A stretch of 64,000 nt of DNA, from NCBI GenBank assembly GCA_051294375.1, contig CM119266.1:11025950-11089949 (forward strand). The letters run 5' to 3'. The stretch comes from Paraspadella gotoi (Eukaryota; Animalia; Chaetognatha). The notes beneath the pieces are model-generated. The model was not told the origin of the DNA, made no database searches, and saw nothing but the letters and a program-made list of their open reading frames with translations. Shown in pieces: positions 30,022 to 43,505 of the stretch (its first letter is position 1; the number at the start of each line of letters is the position of its first letter). Both the position numbers and the translations under genes were made by a program.

Positions 30022-31555
30022 GGAAATGATGGCGGTGGAAGAGGAAAAAGGGGTGGGGTGGGTAGAATGTAGCGATAGAAGCGGGGGCGGAGAAAGTCGA
30101 GAGTGTTTACTTGTAGTAGAGTAGGGAAAGAGGAAGAAAAGAGAAAAAGGGGGATAAATGGAGTGAGATGGAAAAAAGAATCATTCAAAATTTCGTGTTT
30201 GCGTGGAGACGAAAGATAAAAGAGAAAAAAAAAAGGAGACACAAAATTCGAGGGAGGAAAAAAGGAGAGAGAGAGGAAGAGCAAAGAAGCAAGAGCGAGA
30301 GCGAGATAAAATAATATAGTCGAGTTCTCTCTCTCCCCCATTTTTCGGCCGGCCGCCCCCCCTCATCATATCTAAGCCTTCATTAACACACGCATCGCTC
30401 CAAAATATCTCTCTTCTGTCAAATAAAACCATTCGGGAACGCTCTCTTCTCTCTCTCATTCTCTCTCTCTCTCTGCCTCATCTCGGTCTCTTCCTCTCTC
30501 ATCTTGCTCTCTCTCTCTCCTCTCTCACTCCTCTCTCTCTCTGCCGCCCGAAGGAAGAGTGACGCTCGTGGGTGGGCAGTGGGTACGGGGGTGGAGATAC
30601 AGAGCGTGGGGAGAAAAAATCAAAGCTCGGGGAAAAAAAGCGAAAAAGCAAACAATGATTTTTGGATGAAAGACCTCGAAACAAAAGGGAATCGTTCGCG
30701 GATGGAGATTATTATTATTATTCCTTTTTTTTTTGTATTTAACTGACAGAAAAAAAAGGAAGGATCAACTTTTCCGGATTTATTGGTATTTCCGACATTA
30801 ATCAACGTAGGATTAAACGAACTAAATTTACATATGGTTAACAAATGTTTTCGTCACAAATTTGACAACTGTTCTAAAGATTAAACTTTTTGCAAGCTAA
30901 TTGAATCTGATCCTAAAAATAAAAAATTCTGAAAAAAAATTTTAGCCTTTCCTATTTATAAATAAATATTAAAAAATTAATATATGGTGTATAGAGTAAT
31001 ATTAAAAATGTTTTGTCTATTAAATTTCTTAACCACCTTACTGAGTTAGGCTATCCCTCGCTAAAGTACTTTAATTTGCAAGAATGCATCACGATTAAAT
31101 TAATTAGAAACAATTAACTTCAAAATTTCACAATAACCTCCAAACAGAAATTCTGACATACCATAAAAAGTGCAACTATACTAATGCACTTAAACCTGTG
31201 CCTCGTGGAAATCAATACAATTGTGCACTGAAAGAAAGACGGCTTTGCGTATTTCCTCGCCATCTTTCAAGACTCAACTCGCGTGGGCGGAGACGGACGG
31301 ATGGACGGACATACGGTCACACGGACAAACAGTCGCGCACTGAGGGAAAAGGAAAAATATTCATCAGAGAAACAGAAAAGGAAAAAAAAAAGAGAAAAGG
31401 GAAGAAAGAGAAAAGAGGAAAAAAAAAAACGGGAGAAGATTGGCGATAACTATCTTTGCTGGTCTCCATGTGTTGGCATCTTGAAACGCTCGTTGGTGTT
31501 GACGTGATGGAGAGAAAAAATCCGAGAGCGAGAGTGAAAGAAGGAAAAAATAGTG
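26179..31555 (+). repeat. Copy 2 of the ~5.25 kb direct tandem duplication
   Basis: Same anchors as copy 1. It contains three N-gaps at positions where copy 1 has continuous G-rich or AG/CT-rich sequence. Confidence 0.95.
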
Positions 31556-31594
31556 GATGGAAAACGTTTTTTCTTCATTTCCTTTTCCCTCTTC

Positions 31595-31640
31595 TCGACC
31601 AATCGGCGTGCGAGAGGATGGAGGCTCGACCAATCACGAG
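31595..31640 (+). promoter_or_regulatory. Tandem CCAAT boxes (ctcgaCCAATc twice, 31 bp apart)
   Basis: CCAAT at 31599-31603 and 31630-31634, both in NF-Y-like context. Confidence 0.4.
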
Positions 31641-34129
31641 TCGAGAAGACAGATTGCAGATGGAACGAATCGCCGAGGNNNNNNNNNNNNNNNNNNNNNN
31701 NNNTAAAACTTATTGGTTGAAAGAGTTTGTATTTACAAATTTGAGAGTTTTTTTTGAATTTTTAAGTTTGGAGAAGTTTATATTTACAAATTTGCACAGT
31801 TTATTGAAACAGTTTGTATTTTATAGTAAAAACAGTACGTGAGAAAGCAGAGGTGTTCGAGTGTGGCCTAACGCATCTTGCATCGAAAAGAGAATGACGA
31901 AAGACACCGATCATCTGAGATCATCCGAACTGTGTAAAATCCCGTTGTAATGATCGCCAGGGGCTATACAAGAGAACCCCTGTCTTAACACTTGGGAAGT
32001 AGGTAATATCAAGCGGACGGATGAATCTCGGAAATCTGGAGTGAAAGGATTTTTGGGTACCGCGGATTTGAGAAGCTGGGGTGAGCACCGAGCTAATGTA
32101 GAGGCGGACTTGCAGATAGAACGATGGAGTCGTGCCACACGAGGGGGAGGGCTAGCCTTAGACCCGGCCCCTCCGACTTCTTAAAGCTGGATCTTCTGTT
32201 GAGCTGGTAGCCAATGAGTGGAGGGCATCTGGGGAGCAATTATGTACTCTGATACTTCTTACCTATGTTAGATCTTCTATTTTGGCGCCAGGTAAATTTA
32301 AATTTCAGACAGCATACATGGATTATGCCATGTAGGAAAGAGGTGATGCTTTGTGATCTTTGTGGTGTTGAGCCGTGAAAGATTGGCATATTTTGACTCA
32401 CTGCGAGTGGTTGTAAGACTATGGGAGAAATTGAGTGTGACACTGTTCAAATTTGATGATAGCAAGTAGATAACCGATGAGATGAGCTTAGGCTTAATGG
32501 GACAAGGGGTTAAAGTGAGGTTAAGTAATAAATTAGGATTTATTTTAAGATCTGTATATTCAAGATGAGAGCACAGAGGAATTAGGATGTTGAGTCGGCG
32601 TTGAAAAGACTGTGTAAAAATATTTGTTATTCATTTGAAAAAGGATTAGAACAAGATTATTGGGTGCAAATTAAGTGGCCAGATTGGAAGTTTTAAAAAA
32701 AAGAATCTATTGGTAATGTACTGGTACATTAAATGATGATGGGACTGTAGAGTGGGGAAACTTATTAAATGGTTACTTTAACACATTGTAATTATAAATT
32801 TTTGGGTATATGTTATACACTAAGCATTAATACTTCTAATGACGTTTTTATAAAAATAAAACCATGACGTTTTACGTTTTTCGTTTACATTTACGCATAA
32901 ACACTTTTTATACTAGACATTTTTTGTTTTTTACTTTAAACACTTTTTTTACTTTTTCCGGTTTTACGATTTAAAATTATTTTAAAAAATCCTAGTTTGC
33001 CCTTTACTTTAACACATATAATTATCATTTTAGGTATATTTCATTTATGCTTTATATTTTTCTTTGTTCTTTTTTCATAATTTTTTTTTTGTTTTTACTT
33101 TTATTACTTGTTTTTTCGTTATGCTTTATATTTTTTTTTGTTTTTGTTTTTTGTCTTGATCCATTTAAACGTTTGTGTCTTTTGTTTTTGATTTTTTTTT
33201 TTTTTTTAAAAAATTGAATTTTGAAACGTTCTTGAACATTATATTAGGGCTGCGCATGCGTTCGATCGAAGTTCTGATCAAGATTCCTTTATATTTTACT
33301 TCTATCAAAACTGCATAGTCAAGGCCCATATAATTATATCAATATGGGTAGATTTCGAAAGCTTTAGCGTCTTGGGAAGGCCAACGGAGGTAGAGCGCGA
33401 TCGAAATTCCCATTTTATCATGCCCAATAAATGGTATTTAAATGAACTGGTCCAGACCGTTTTCCCTTTTCCCAAAAAACCTGCTTGATCTTTTGTAAAA
33501 TAGAACAAAACATACTTATCAGTATGTTGTTCGGATAGCTTATTGTCTTCTCTACTAGATAAAAAAAAGAAAGTTTAATTCTTGCAATCTTGATGCTTGA
33601 TGAGCAATCAAATGAACTGGTTTTTTATTTGAAAACATGCATAGTCAAGCCCTTCAATTTTTTTTTAGTTCTGAAGACCATCGAAGAAACTATATTGTTT
33701 TTACTATCTGTTTCAGGTAGAGCGCGGGGGTAAATTTAGAGAGTTTATATTAAATTTAGAGCAAATAGAAAGGATATCAAGTTTTTGCACGCTAAAAGGC
33801 CTTTTTTAAGCGCGTTCCGGTTTGTATTGAAAATGGTTGACGTAGGTTATCCAATGAGGACATCAATTAAAAATAAGCATTGATCATAGCGCGATCCGGG
33901 CCAGATAATACCATATTTCAACATGCTTATACCGTATTTTTACGTTTTAGAACTCAGTCTGATGAAATGTTTGAATTTCACGGCCTGTGATATTGGCGTT
34001 CTAGGCAGTCGTTTGTCCCTTGTTAGTCTTTTATCTTATCCTCTTGAAGAGACATTAATTATTGTTTATGTGATAGTGACAAAACCGTTCAATAAAATCT
34101 TAAAAGCAATAGGGATCGAGCCTACTTTT

Positions 34130-34350
34130 AATGATAACCAAATATTGATGCGATGATAACCAAATATTGATGCGAATGATAACCAAATATTGATGCGAAG
34201 ATAACCGAAGGATTGATGCGATGATAACCAAATGATGGATGCGATGATAGTCATTCATTGATGTGATGATAATCATTCATTGATGCGATGATAGTCCTTC
34301 ATGATCGGATGATAATCATCATTGATGCGATGATAGTCCATTCATTGACG
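34130..34350 (+). repeat. ~20-22 bp minisatellite (gatgcgatgataaccaaatatt / gatgcgatgatagtcattcatt)
   Basis: About 10 tandem degenerate units seen directly. Confidence 0.85.
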
Positions 34351-34354
34351 TGAC

Positions 34355-34958
34355 TTTGAAAAAAGTATGCATATTTTAAAAAAAAAGTATGCATACTTCA
34401 ACAAAGTATGCATACTTGAAAAAGTATGCCTTTTTTCAAAGTTTGCATACTTTTTCAATGTATGCATACTTTTTTCCAAAGATGCATACTTTTTTCAAAG
34501 TATGCAACTTTTTTCAAAGTATGCATACTTTTTTGAAGTATGCATACTTTTTTAAATATGCATACTTTTTTCAAAAGTATGCTTACTTTTTTCAAAGTAT
34601 GCATACTTTTTTCAAAGTATGCCATACTTTTTGAAGTCTGCATACTTTTTTTTAAAATATGCATACTTTTTTCAAAAGTATGCATACTTTTTTCAAGTAG
34701 CATACTTTTTTCAAAGTATGCATACTTTTTTCAAGTATGCATACTTTTTTGAAGTATGATACTTTTTTTAAAATATGCTTATTTTTTAAAAGTATGCATA
34801 CTTTTTTGAAGTATGCAACTTTTTTAAAAATATGCATACTTTTTTTTTAAAGTATGCATACTTTTTTCACTTGGCATACTTTTTCAACCTTGCATATCTT
34901 TTTTCAACTTGCATCTCTTTTCAACTTGCCATATCTTTTTCAACTTGCATACTTTTTA
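34355..34958. repeat. ~21 bp minisatellite with palindromic core AAAGTATGCATACTTT
   Basis: Repeated ttcaaagtatgcatacttttt, roughly 25-30 units, decaying to caacttgcatatctttttt at the right end. It produces the KYAYFF/KVCILF/QSMHTF ORFs on both strands. Confidence 0.95.
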
Positions 34959-37900
34959 ACTGATTACCGCTAATTATCTTAGTCAAATCGACATTGTTTG
35001 CTCAAACTTGTTTATAATAAAATAAGCCGGATTCAGATATGACAAATTTTAAATATTAAACTATCGTCATCATCATTAGTTTAATTAATTTTTATTCATT
35101 GCATCAATTTACTTACCATTATCAATCATATCTTTTAATTATAGTTTTATTGCTATCATATTAAATCTGTTATCATAAAATTAAAATGATTCAAAAATGA
35201 AAAATTAATCGTGAAGTGACGATAGTGAATTCTTAATCTTGAATTAACGATATTAAATTGAGTTAATTTAATAGTAGTTTTGCTGTAGATCAGTCAATAT
35301 ACTTTCATTTTTTTACTTCTTTGGCTCTCTTGTCTTTTCCCTTTTTATTCTGTTATAATTATGTTATTTTTGTGATTAATTTGTAAGGATTCCTTTTTTC
35401 CGGGCTTCGCTGTATTCTATTTTCTCTATGAGGCCCGGTTCGTCGCATATCGATATTATCGGTTTAAAGCTTAGTACTACGGTAGTTCAAATCCTTATTG
35501 GATCAAAACGAGTTCGATTTTAAGCGAAAGGTTGATCGATTTGAAGGCGATTTCGCCGACTGTTTTATTGCCATAACTTTTGAACGGATTATCCGATTTT
35601 TATGGAAATTTTGCATATAGATAGTATTTTAAATTCCTATCGATCGGTACAAATTTTTTAAATACAATTTAGAAACGATGCACATCCCCATTATATTTTA
35701 TGTTTCTTATGAATTAGTCATACATTTTATTTATGAGTCAATTTAAACGTTAGTGTCTTTTTTTTCTGTGAATTTTAATAGTTTAGTTTTACTTGTTTAC
35801 TGCTTTCTAGTTTTTTACACTGATACTGTTTTGTCAAATGTTTTTGGTATTAATAAAAAAAAACAAAAAAAAACAAAAAAAGAATCCGGATAACCGCGCG
35901 ACAAGCGAACGGATCTTGGTAAGGTTGTCGCCTTACAAGGCCGACCAAGTCCAAGCAGAGACCAAGCCTTTTGCTTCGTGGAAAATCTGGGTTGAAGATC
36001 ACAGATAAAAATATTTTGTGAAAGGAACAATATAGCTTCACAGTCAAGCTGAACCAACGGCTATCATGAAGCGTGACTGCTGACGGACGGGTTTTGCTCA
36101 CGAATCCACAGTGCCTCAGAGTCAAACCCGATAGACAATGGTTAATGAAGCGACACTCCAGAGAAAGAGTGTTAGAACTGTCGACCACTATGGGTGTTCT
36201 CCACACGAAGATGGATAGGACGATGCACCACTGTTAGAGGGTGATTGTTGTGGCGATGCCAGCGGCGCCGGCCGGGCTGAGAAGCACGAGACCCTCTAAC
36301 GTATGAACCACAATGTCAGTAACCACACGGCGGACGGTCGACCACAATGTTGCCCACAGTATAGGATCTTGCGAATATGAATACACAAGAGACGGACCGC
36401 CCACTAGATTAGGACACACACTCGAACACGTACTTTCTATGATAATTAATACACGATGTCACATGGCTGAAAGGGAAAACAATAATATAAATAGACATGA
36501 ATCAAATGAGAACAACTGTTTATTAATAACATGCATCGGTGAAGTCCAGAGTCTTCAGAGTTGTTCATGATATTGTCTCCATCACAACCCTCGGCCTGGG
36601 GAGGGAAAGAAATTCGTGGGAGAAAAAACCATAGGTATTTCCACTCTACAGCTATCGCACGCAATCTATCGCGCTTCAAGGTGGGAGCACATGAAGGCAA
36701 CACCTTCATCCCTCCCTCCCTCTCCGCTCACAACAAAAAAGACTCACTGACCGCCTCACTCCCTCACTCTCGCCTCTCACGAGACCTCCCTCCCTCCTCT
36801 CAACACACGAATCCTCCTTCCGCCACCTTCTCTTCTCTGCTAATAGCTATCACAGAGCCATCTCCTCCCTCTCTCCTCTCTCTATTTAAGAGTAACACAC
36901 ACCGTTCTTTACTATCTCTAAGAACTTATAGTGCCTCGCTATGCTGGTTTACTTACTTTATTACCTGATGAAGAGACTAGCTCAGAAACCTTGCACTTTG
37001 GCTAGATTCCCGAGTATTCCCCAGAGCATTAGACTGCCAGTAGTCAATATAAAGTAATTGGTCTACCCACAAGGTTGTCAACTCGTGATTCTCACGAGGT
37101 TCCCGTTAGTGTTTATCAATATTAAATAATTTCATCATAAACTCAATCCGTGGATGAGGAAATTCGTGACGAGACGTTAATCAACCAATGAAGCTTAAAG
37201 TCAATTTAGCGCACATCCTGCGAGGGTTGTGATACACGTTCTTGTTTTGATACAAAAAAAATCCTAATGAATTTTTTCCTTTAGTATTTGAGTTTTTATT
37301 AATAATTTGCTAGCATGATTTAAAACTAAATTAATTATTTTAAAAAGGTATATTTTGTGTGAGACCAGGAACATCTGTTAAACGATGTAAAGGTAAATAA
37401 CAAGGATAAGGAATAACAGATAATGAGTAAAAAATATTAAACCTTTCGCTACGAAAGAAAGGTATAATTTTAGACCAAGGCCTCAATTATACAAAGTAAC
37501 TAAACTTAACATTTGAAGAGCTTATGCCTACAAATACAGAGAGTAGGGAGATTATAAGTACAGTATATATATATATAAACACATAAGTAAGATTAACTAG
37601 AATAGATAGCATATAATAAATAATAAATAATATATAATATAATAGATGTAAAAAGTTGGAAGATGAGTGAATAATAACATAGAAAGAAATGAATAGTATT
37701 AGAAAACAAGGTTTATTTGAAATATTGAGTTATAAAACAAACACATTGCTTTTGAGAGGAGAGAGTTTTGAATGTTGTTATGAAGATAAGGACTCTGGTT
37801 GTTTATTGAATTAAATATTTGCGATACGATTTTTTGACCCGCTTAGAATAGATTTTATTAATAGTCATTTTTTGAGATGTAGATCTCGGAATTGGTCGAG

Positions 37901-39935
37901 TGTCCTTTTTGCTCTGTTCCTTACCAATAAGTTATAAAAAGAGACAGTACTTTACGCTTAAAAAATAGCTGGTGAGCGATATCAATTTTACCAATGATTC
38001 GAATGACAGTTAGTTTAGAATTTAAAATGTTATAAATTCTCTGCAATTTTATGATTAAGTCTTAAATGTTATCGCACTATTTTTTAAGAAAAGTTTCTCT
38101 TGTTTTATGCTTGAATGATAGATGAGTACTTGCTTCCATGATTACCGCCTCCACGCTATTTGAGACTCTACTAACCAATAAATATTAAGTGATAAGATTG
38201 ATGAGAGTTACCGTTAGCAAATTTTCTATAAAAGAAATAGCAAGCGCCAGGAAATACTAGCTCGTAGGATCACGTAGAGCATCCTCAAGGCCAAGGGTGA
38301 TTCGACTCTGTAGATTGAAGAGAGAGAGAGAAGAAAGAGAGATAGATGGTTGTCCAACAAAAGATAAGAAAAATAATATAGTAAAAGTTTGGAAGCCAAA
38401 TGGTGAAAGTGGAAATTATTGTCGCACAATTAGAGTAGAATAGTATTGAGTTGCCTTCACCGTTTCTGTTATTGTTTTAATTAATAAATATTGATACAAA
38501 GAGGATTTCCGAATTTGCTTTATATACTAGTTTAAAATGGCCATTACACAGGCAGTAAAAGCATTTGATTTGTTTTTGTACAAGTGCAAATTTACTAAAA
38601 TCTTGTTACAAAATATGAACGTCCATAACCATTCAACAGTATGGAGAGCAACTGCCAGACAGTGATATCATAAGTTGAATGCTGTTTGGATCAGGATTAA
38701 ATCTTTGGGACAATGCATTAATCACCTACTCGAAGATGTCAATCTGAGGCCCGCTGCACGCTGTCAAGAAGCTCTTTCAGCCTGACAGGCTCTCAAGTGA
38801 TGCAGTCGGAGACTCGTTATTGGATTGTTATTGCAACGGATTGCGACTTGTGCTTTACTCCATATCCATAGTATTCGTGTATTGAGGGTGGGCCGGTTCG
38901 TGAGAGATGAACTAAAGTTGCTCAGTACAGCGCTTGGACACTTCTTTTGCCTTCCTTAACTCTAGTCTCTTCTCGACTTATCCCGATCCACTCTCCATTC
39001 GATGCCTGTATCCTTGCTTAAAAACCTTTGATACTCTCTTCCCGCACGCTCTGATTACTAATGAAAGACAGCTTCCTGCAGTGATATGTCATTTAAACTT
39101 AATTCCCATTATTTTATATAATATTTATAATTATTTCATATTATTTATGTAAATTATTATGTATTAGCCATTAGTAGAATTATATTATTATTTCAATTAT
39201 TTTAGTTATTTATTTTTTAGAACAAAAATTAGAAATGATGGAGATTTAAGTCGTCTTTTGAATCAAGGCATAGATTAGAGGGGCGTTTACGCCACAGCTC
39301 TTCCCATCCCCCGTCGTCCCCTCCTACCCTGCATCCCCTCGGTAGTCCCTTCCTCCTCATCCGCCCTCCTCCTCACCCTCGGCAACGCACTCGGCCGGGC
39401 CCAAGGAGTCACTCTATCAGCGTAAGTCGTGCCGAGGGAGGTCTGCGACGCCAGAGCTTCGTCGCTCAAACTTCCACAAGTGCGGTTGGCACTAGAAATC
39501 CTTCCTCTCTCCTCCCCTCTTATTTCTGTACATAACCGTTCACTTTACTAACTTTAGACTTATTTATGACTCCATATTCTTTACTTACGCTCTTTTCCTG
39601 GATGAGAAGACCGGTTACGTATACTCTATCCTTTAGCTAGATACCTCACTCTTCCCCAGTGGCTGGACCCCAATCAGGCTCTTCCTATCGTCATTCTCAA
39701 TACTTCTCTCCCATCCTCGTCTCTCTCTCTCTCTCGTCTCTCTTCTCTATCTCTGTCTCGGGGACTCTCATGAAGCCAGAGAGAGTATGGCCAGAACCGC
39801 TCGCCAGAATACTAGGTCATGGAATCTAGAAGATGGCTGGCGCGAAAACACCATTGGCACACGGACAATTGAGTGGAGAGAGGAAAGAAAGAGGAGAAAG
39901 AGAGAGAAGCGGAGAGAGAGATGAGCATGAGAGGA

Positions 39936-39989
<54 letters not shown>

Positions 39990-41916
39990 GGGAAGGTGCT
40001 TTGTTGGTGGACGATGTGAAGGAAAATACGTCTTCGTCGATTAATCTGTTGACGAATTAACGGAGGCCCGAATCCTTAATTCATTTCGCGTGAATCGGGA
40101 ATATAAAGCGAGGAAAAATGAGGAACGAACCAAAGAAACAACTGAGGAACGAAAGAAACGAAGGAACGATTACAAACAAAACAAGTGAACAATCTCAGAA
40201 ACGAAAAAAAGGAAAGCGTGGAACAAAAGGGTTGCTGATATCGATTTGACAACAACATGCCATTAATTAGACGATGATGTTATATAGGCTACGCAAACAT
40301 TAAATGTCGGACATAATCACAAAAAAATGATAAAATCAAAGAACAATGAACAGTTTTTTTAATTGAATTTTCGGTTGAATCGACGTCATTGGATTACTGT
40401 TTCTGCATTGTTCACTATGTTCATAAATCCACGAATCACGTTTCAATTAGAAAATCTTTTTTGACTAATTAAGTCACAATCTGATACCTTTTTTTCCTTC
40501 CCGCCGCCAATGGAATTCTAATGAGATAAATATTCAGTGCTCAATAGTCAATACTCATCTTTTTTTTAAATCTCTACTTCACGGAAACTCGCTGTCTATA
40601 GATTAAGTCTGGATCTGAATGATTGATAGCGACGCCGGAGCCGAGAAACGCAGCCGGAGCAGCGGAGAGGGCGCCGCGGAGCCGCAGCACCATAGATGCA
40701 GCGGCGGAGCTGTTGTTTAGACGGAATCGGGAAGACGTCATCGCACCTGAATCCAATTCATTCCCAACTTCATTCGCGATGGAAATAAAGAAAAGTTCCG
40801 GAGAAGATGAAAGAGCGAATTAAGTAGACGAGAGACACCTGACGGGAGAAAAATTTTTAAAATTCTCTCGAAACAAAAGAGCAAGGAAAAGTGGGGGAAA
40901 GAAATTAAAGAAAGCCTTCAAGAAAAGAGAAGAATCGAAAGAGAGATTGGGGAGAACCGAGCGACAAAGAGAGAGAGGGAGATGAAGAGAGAGAGGAGAG
41001 AAGAGGAGAGAAGAGAGAGATGAGAAGAAGAGAGATGGTAGAGAGTATCGACGCGCCACCAATTGAACTCGTAGGCAGAGAAGGAGAGAGAGAAAAAGCA
41101 GACTAGGTAGAATTGAGATCTAGAAAAACTCGATAAAGAGAGCTATAATTATAGCCTCAAAATTGGCAGGAACTTGGCAACTTCCGATTCCCATTGCGGG
41201 GCCCAAACGGAGGCTTTTATGCGCTTCCAATGAGCCCGACGACTACTCTGCTCCTGCTCCGCGTCCTCAGTTTTCTCTGCTTTCTTCTTTTCTCTCTCTC
41301 TCTCTTCTCTCTCCTGTATCCTCTGCTCTCTCTCTCTGCTCTCTCATTCTTCTTGATCGATGACGGCCAAACTGATCGCACGTACTTCCTCAAATGATCC
41401 TGTTTTTAAGTGAGAAAGTAGAAGGAAGGCGAACGGGGGACAGGTAAATACCCGAAAAAGGGAAAAATGAAAGAAAGGAAAAGAAAGTAAGAAATTACAG
41501 AAGAGAGAGAAGCAAAGAGACGGAAGGAAAGGAGAAAACTAATTTGCCCCCTGCCAGAGCTATACCCTATGTGCAATATTCCAGGCGTTCGCCCTACTGA
41601 TCAAATAATTAGAATTTTAAAGCCTCGGGGATACAATGTTTAAATTAGAGAGTCTCCGGGATACGAAGGCCGCGTGGCAGAGATTTCATTATCGCAGTTG
41701 TCGTCCTCGTTCTTTTTTGTTTCTTTTCGTTTTCTTAAAAATTATCTTGTTTTTTTTTTTTGGGGGGGGGTCTTCCTGCGGAATAGAATGATCGCTCCGA
41801 TTGGGTCAGTATCAGCGATGGAGTGTCTTCATTAAATGTTCGAGCACGATCGTCAACAAGACGTGTACGAGAGAGAGACTTTGGTCAACACTTGAAGAGA
41901 GAGAGATGAGAGAGAA

Positions 41917-41948
<32 letters not shown>

Positions 41949-42492
41949 CCACCCGAGAGAAGAGACGAGATGAGATGTCGATTTCTCTCGAAGATGGACA
42001 CAAGAAGGGTCCATTCGGTTGATGGAGAACGGTAAATTCGGTCACGTTTCAACCCGTCGCGGACCTGTAATTATATTCCTTTTTCCTTTCCGCCCACATG
42101 ACGCGGTCCTGAACAAATGGGAGGAATTCGTCGAGAAGATGTCACTCATAAATGCGAAAGGAGTGCTCCGTTGACAGAGAACAAAAGAGCGTCGACGCCA
42201 CCCCTTGAAAATTCCGCGCGCGCCATCTTCCGGTCTCGGCGTCGAAATGTAGGGAGGAAAAGTGGGCGTGGCAAAGGCGGATGAAGAAAGGAAGAGAGAA
42301 AGAGAGTAGAGAGAGAGAGAGAGAGAGAGCAGTGAGCGAGAGAGAGAGGAGGGAAGAGAGCTTCTCTTCTCAGAAAAAAGGAACGAAGTCATGCCGTCTT
42401 TTCATTATGTTCATGGTCAGTTAAAATCCGTTTAATCGTTGTTTTCACATTCCATTCATTCTTTCTTCAGCGGCGCAAAGAGTGTGGTGTCT

Positions 42493-42580
<88 letters not shown>

Positions 42581-43463
42581 CTTAAGAGTACGTTTCTTTA
42601 GTTCTTCACTGGTAGATTCAAACCTATAAATCTAAGACACGATCTTTCAATTTCTTACTAAACCAGTATTACGATCCGGTCAGAAAGCTTCCGTTACTAC
42701 GGGCTATACAACCCGCGTAATATCTCAAGTCAACAGAGAAGCAGCTCAGCCGCCATTTTTCCTCAAAATTCACTAAAAAAAAAAAACATATATTTTTTTC
42801 CGACGTCAAGTGACGTTCGTCTTTGGGAACAAAAAGAGACATTCGACTAAGAAGAGGAGATGAGAATTGCCAAAGTCTTCGCAGAGTTTCTTCATCTCCA
42901 GACGTTCACTCGCGCACCGGTGACATCCTAATCGTCTTCCCTTCCGTCTCCTCGAACTTTTTTTTATAGACGCACCCTTTGTTTACGCCATAACGTCCGC
43001 TGGAGGGCGTCGAAAACGAGATTCAAAACAAGATTTAGACCGGCGAGCGGCTGTCGCGGCGGCGGCCTCGAACCCGGAATGCTGACGAGCGTGCTGCGGC
43101 GGCGGGGGCGGCTTATGCATCAGCGGCGGGTGGAGACGCCTTTTTTTGTTGTCAGGGATGACGTCATTTCCGGCATCAAAATTCGTGTTGCGCCATCTGA
43201 TGCGCGTGAAAAGAAGAGAGTGGAAAAAATAAATTCTAGAAAAAAAAAATTTGATCTGGCTCGAGGTGGTAGTTGAAGAAGAGAGGGAAAGATAGGAAAC
43301 TGTAAATAAGAATAAAGATATAGATAGAAAATAATAAAGCTAAAATCCAAACGAATAAGAAATACAAAAGAAAGCCAAAAATAAGGAAAAAAATCAAGGA
43401 AACAATCCTCGCTAGGATTCGTTGTTTGGGTGTTGTGGCATTTTCGTTGTCTTCCTGTCGTTT

Positions 43464-43505
<42 letters not shown>

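Noticed and set aside
31911-32138. Minus-strand SSVRLILPTSQ resembling PCBP KH2 (TLRLVVPASQ)
   Set aside because: Not followed by CGSLIGKGG or any GxxG loop, no convincing splice sites, and the region is noisy.
34355-34958. Palindromic repeat array resembling a CRISPR locus
   Set aside because: Units are directly adjacent with no unique spacers, there are no cas genes, and the context is eukaryotic.
39400-39450. VTLSA*VVPREVC resembling KH2
   Set aside because: Wrong strand relative to the PCBP-like exon and contains a stop.
31704-40000. Possible genes or transposon ORFs in the higher-complexity stretches at 31.9-32.5, 35.9-36.7 and 38.6-39.0 kb
   Set aside because: No recognisable RT, transposase or other domain by eye. 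The sequence looks like unpolished long-read fill, so nothing can be supported without a frameshift-tolerant search.
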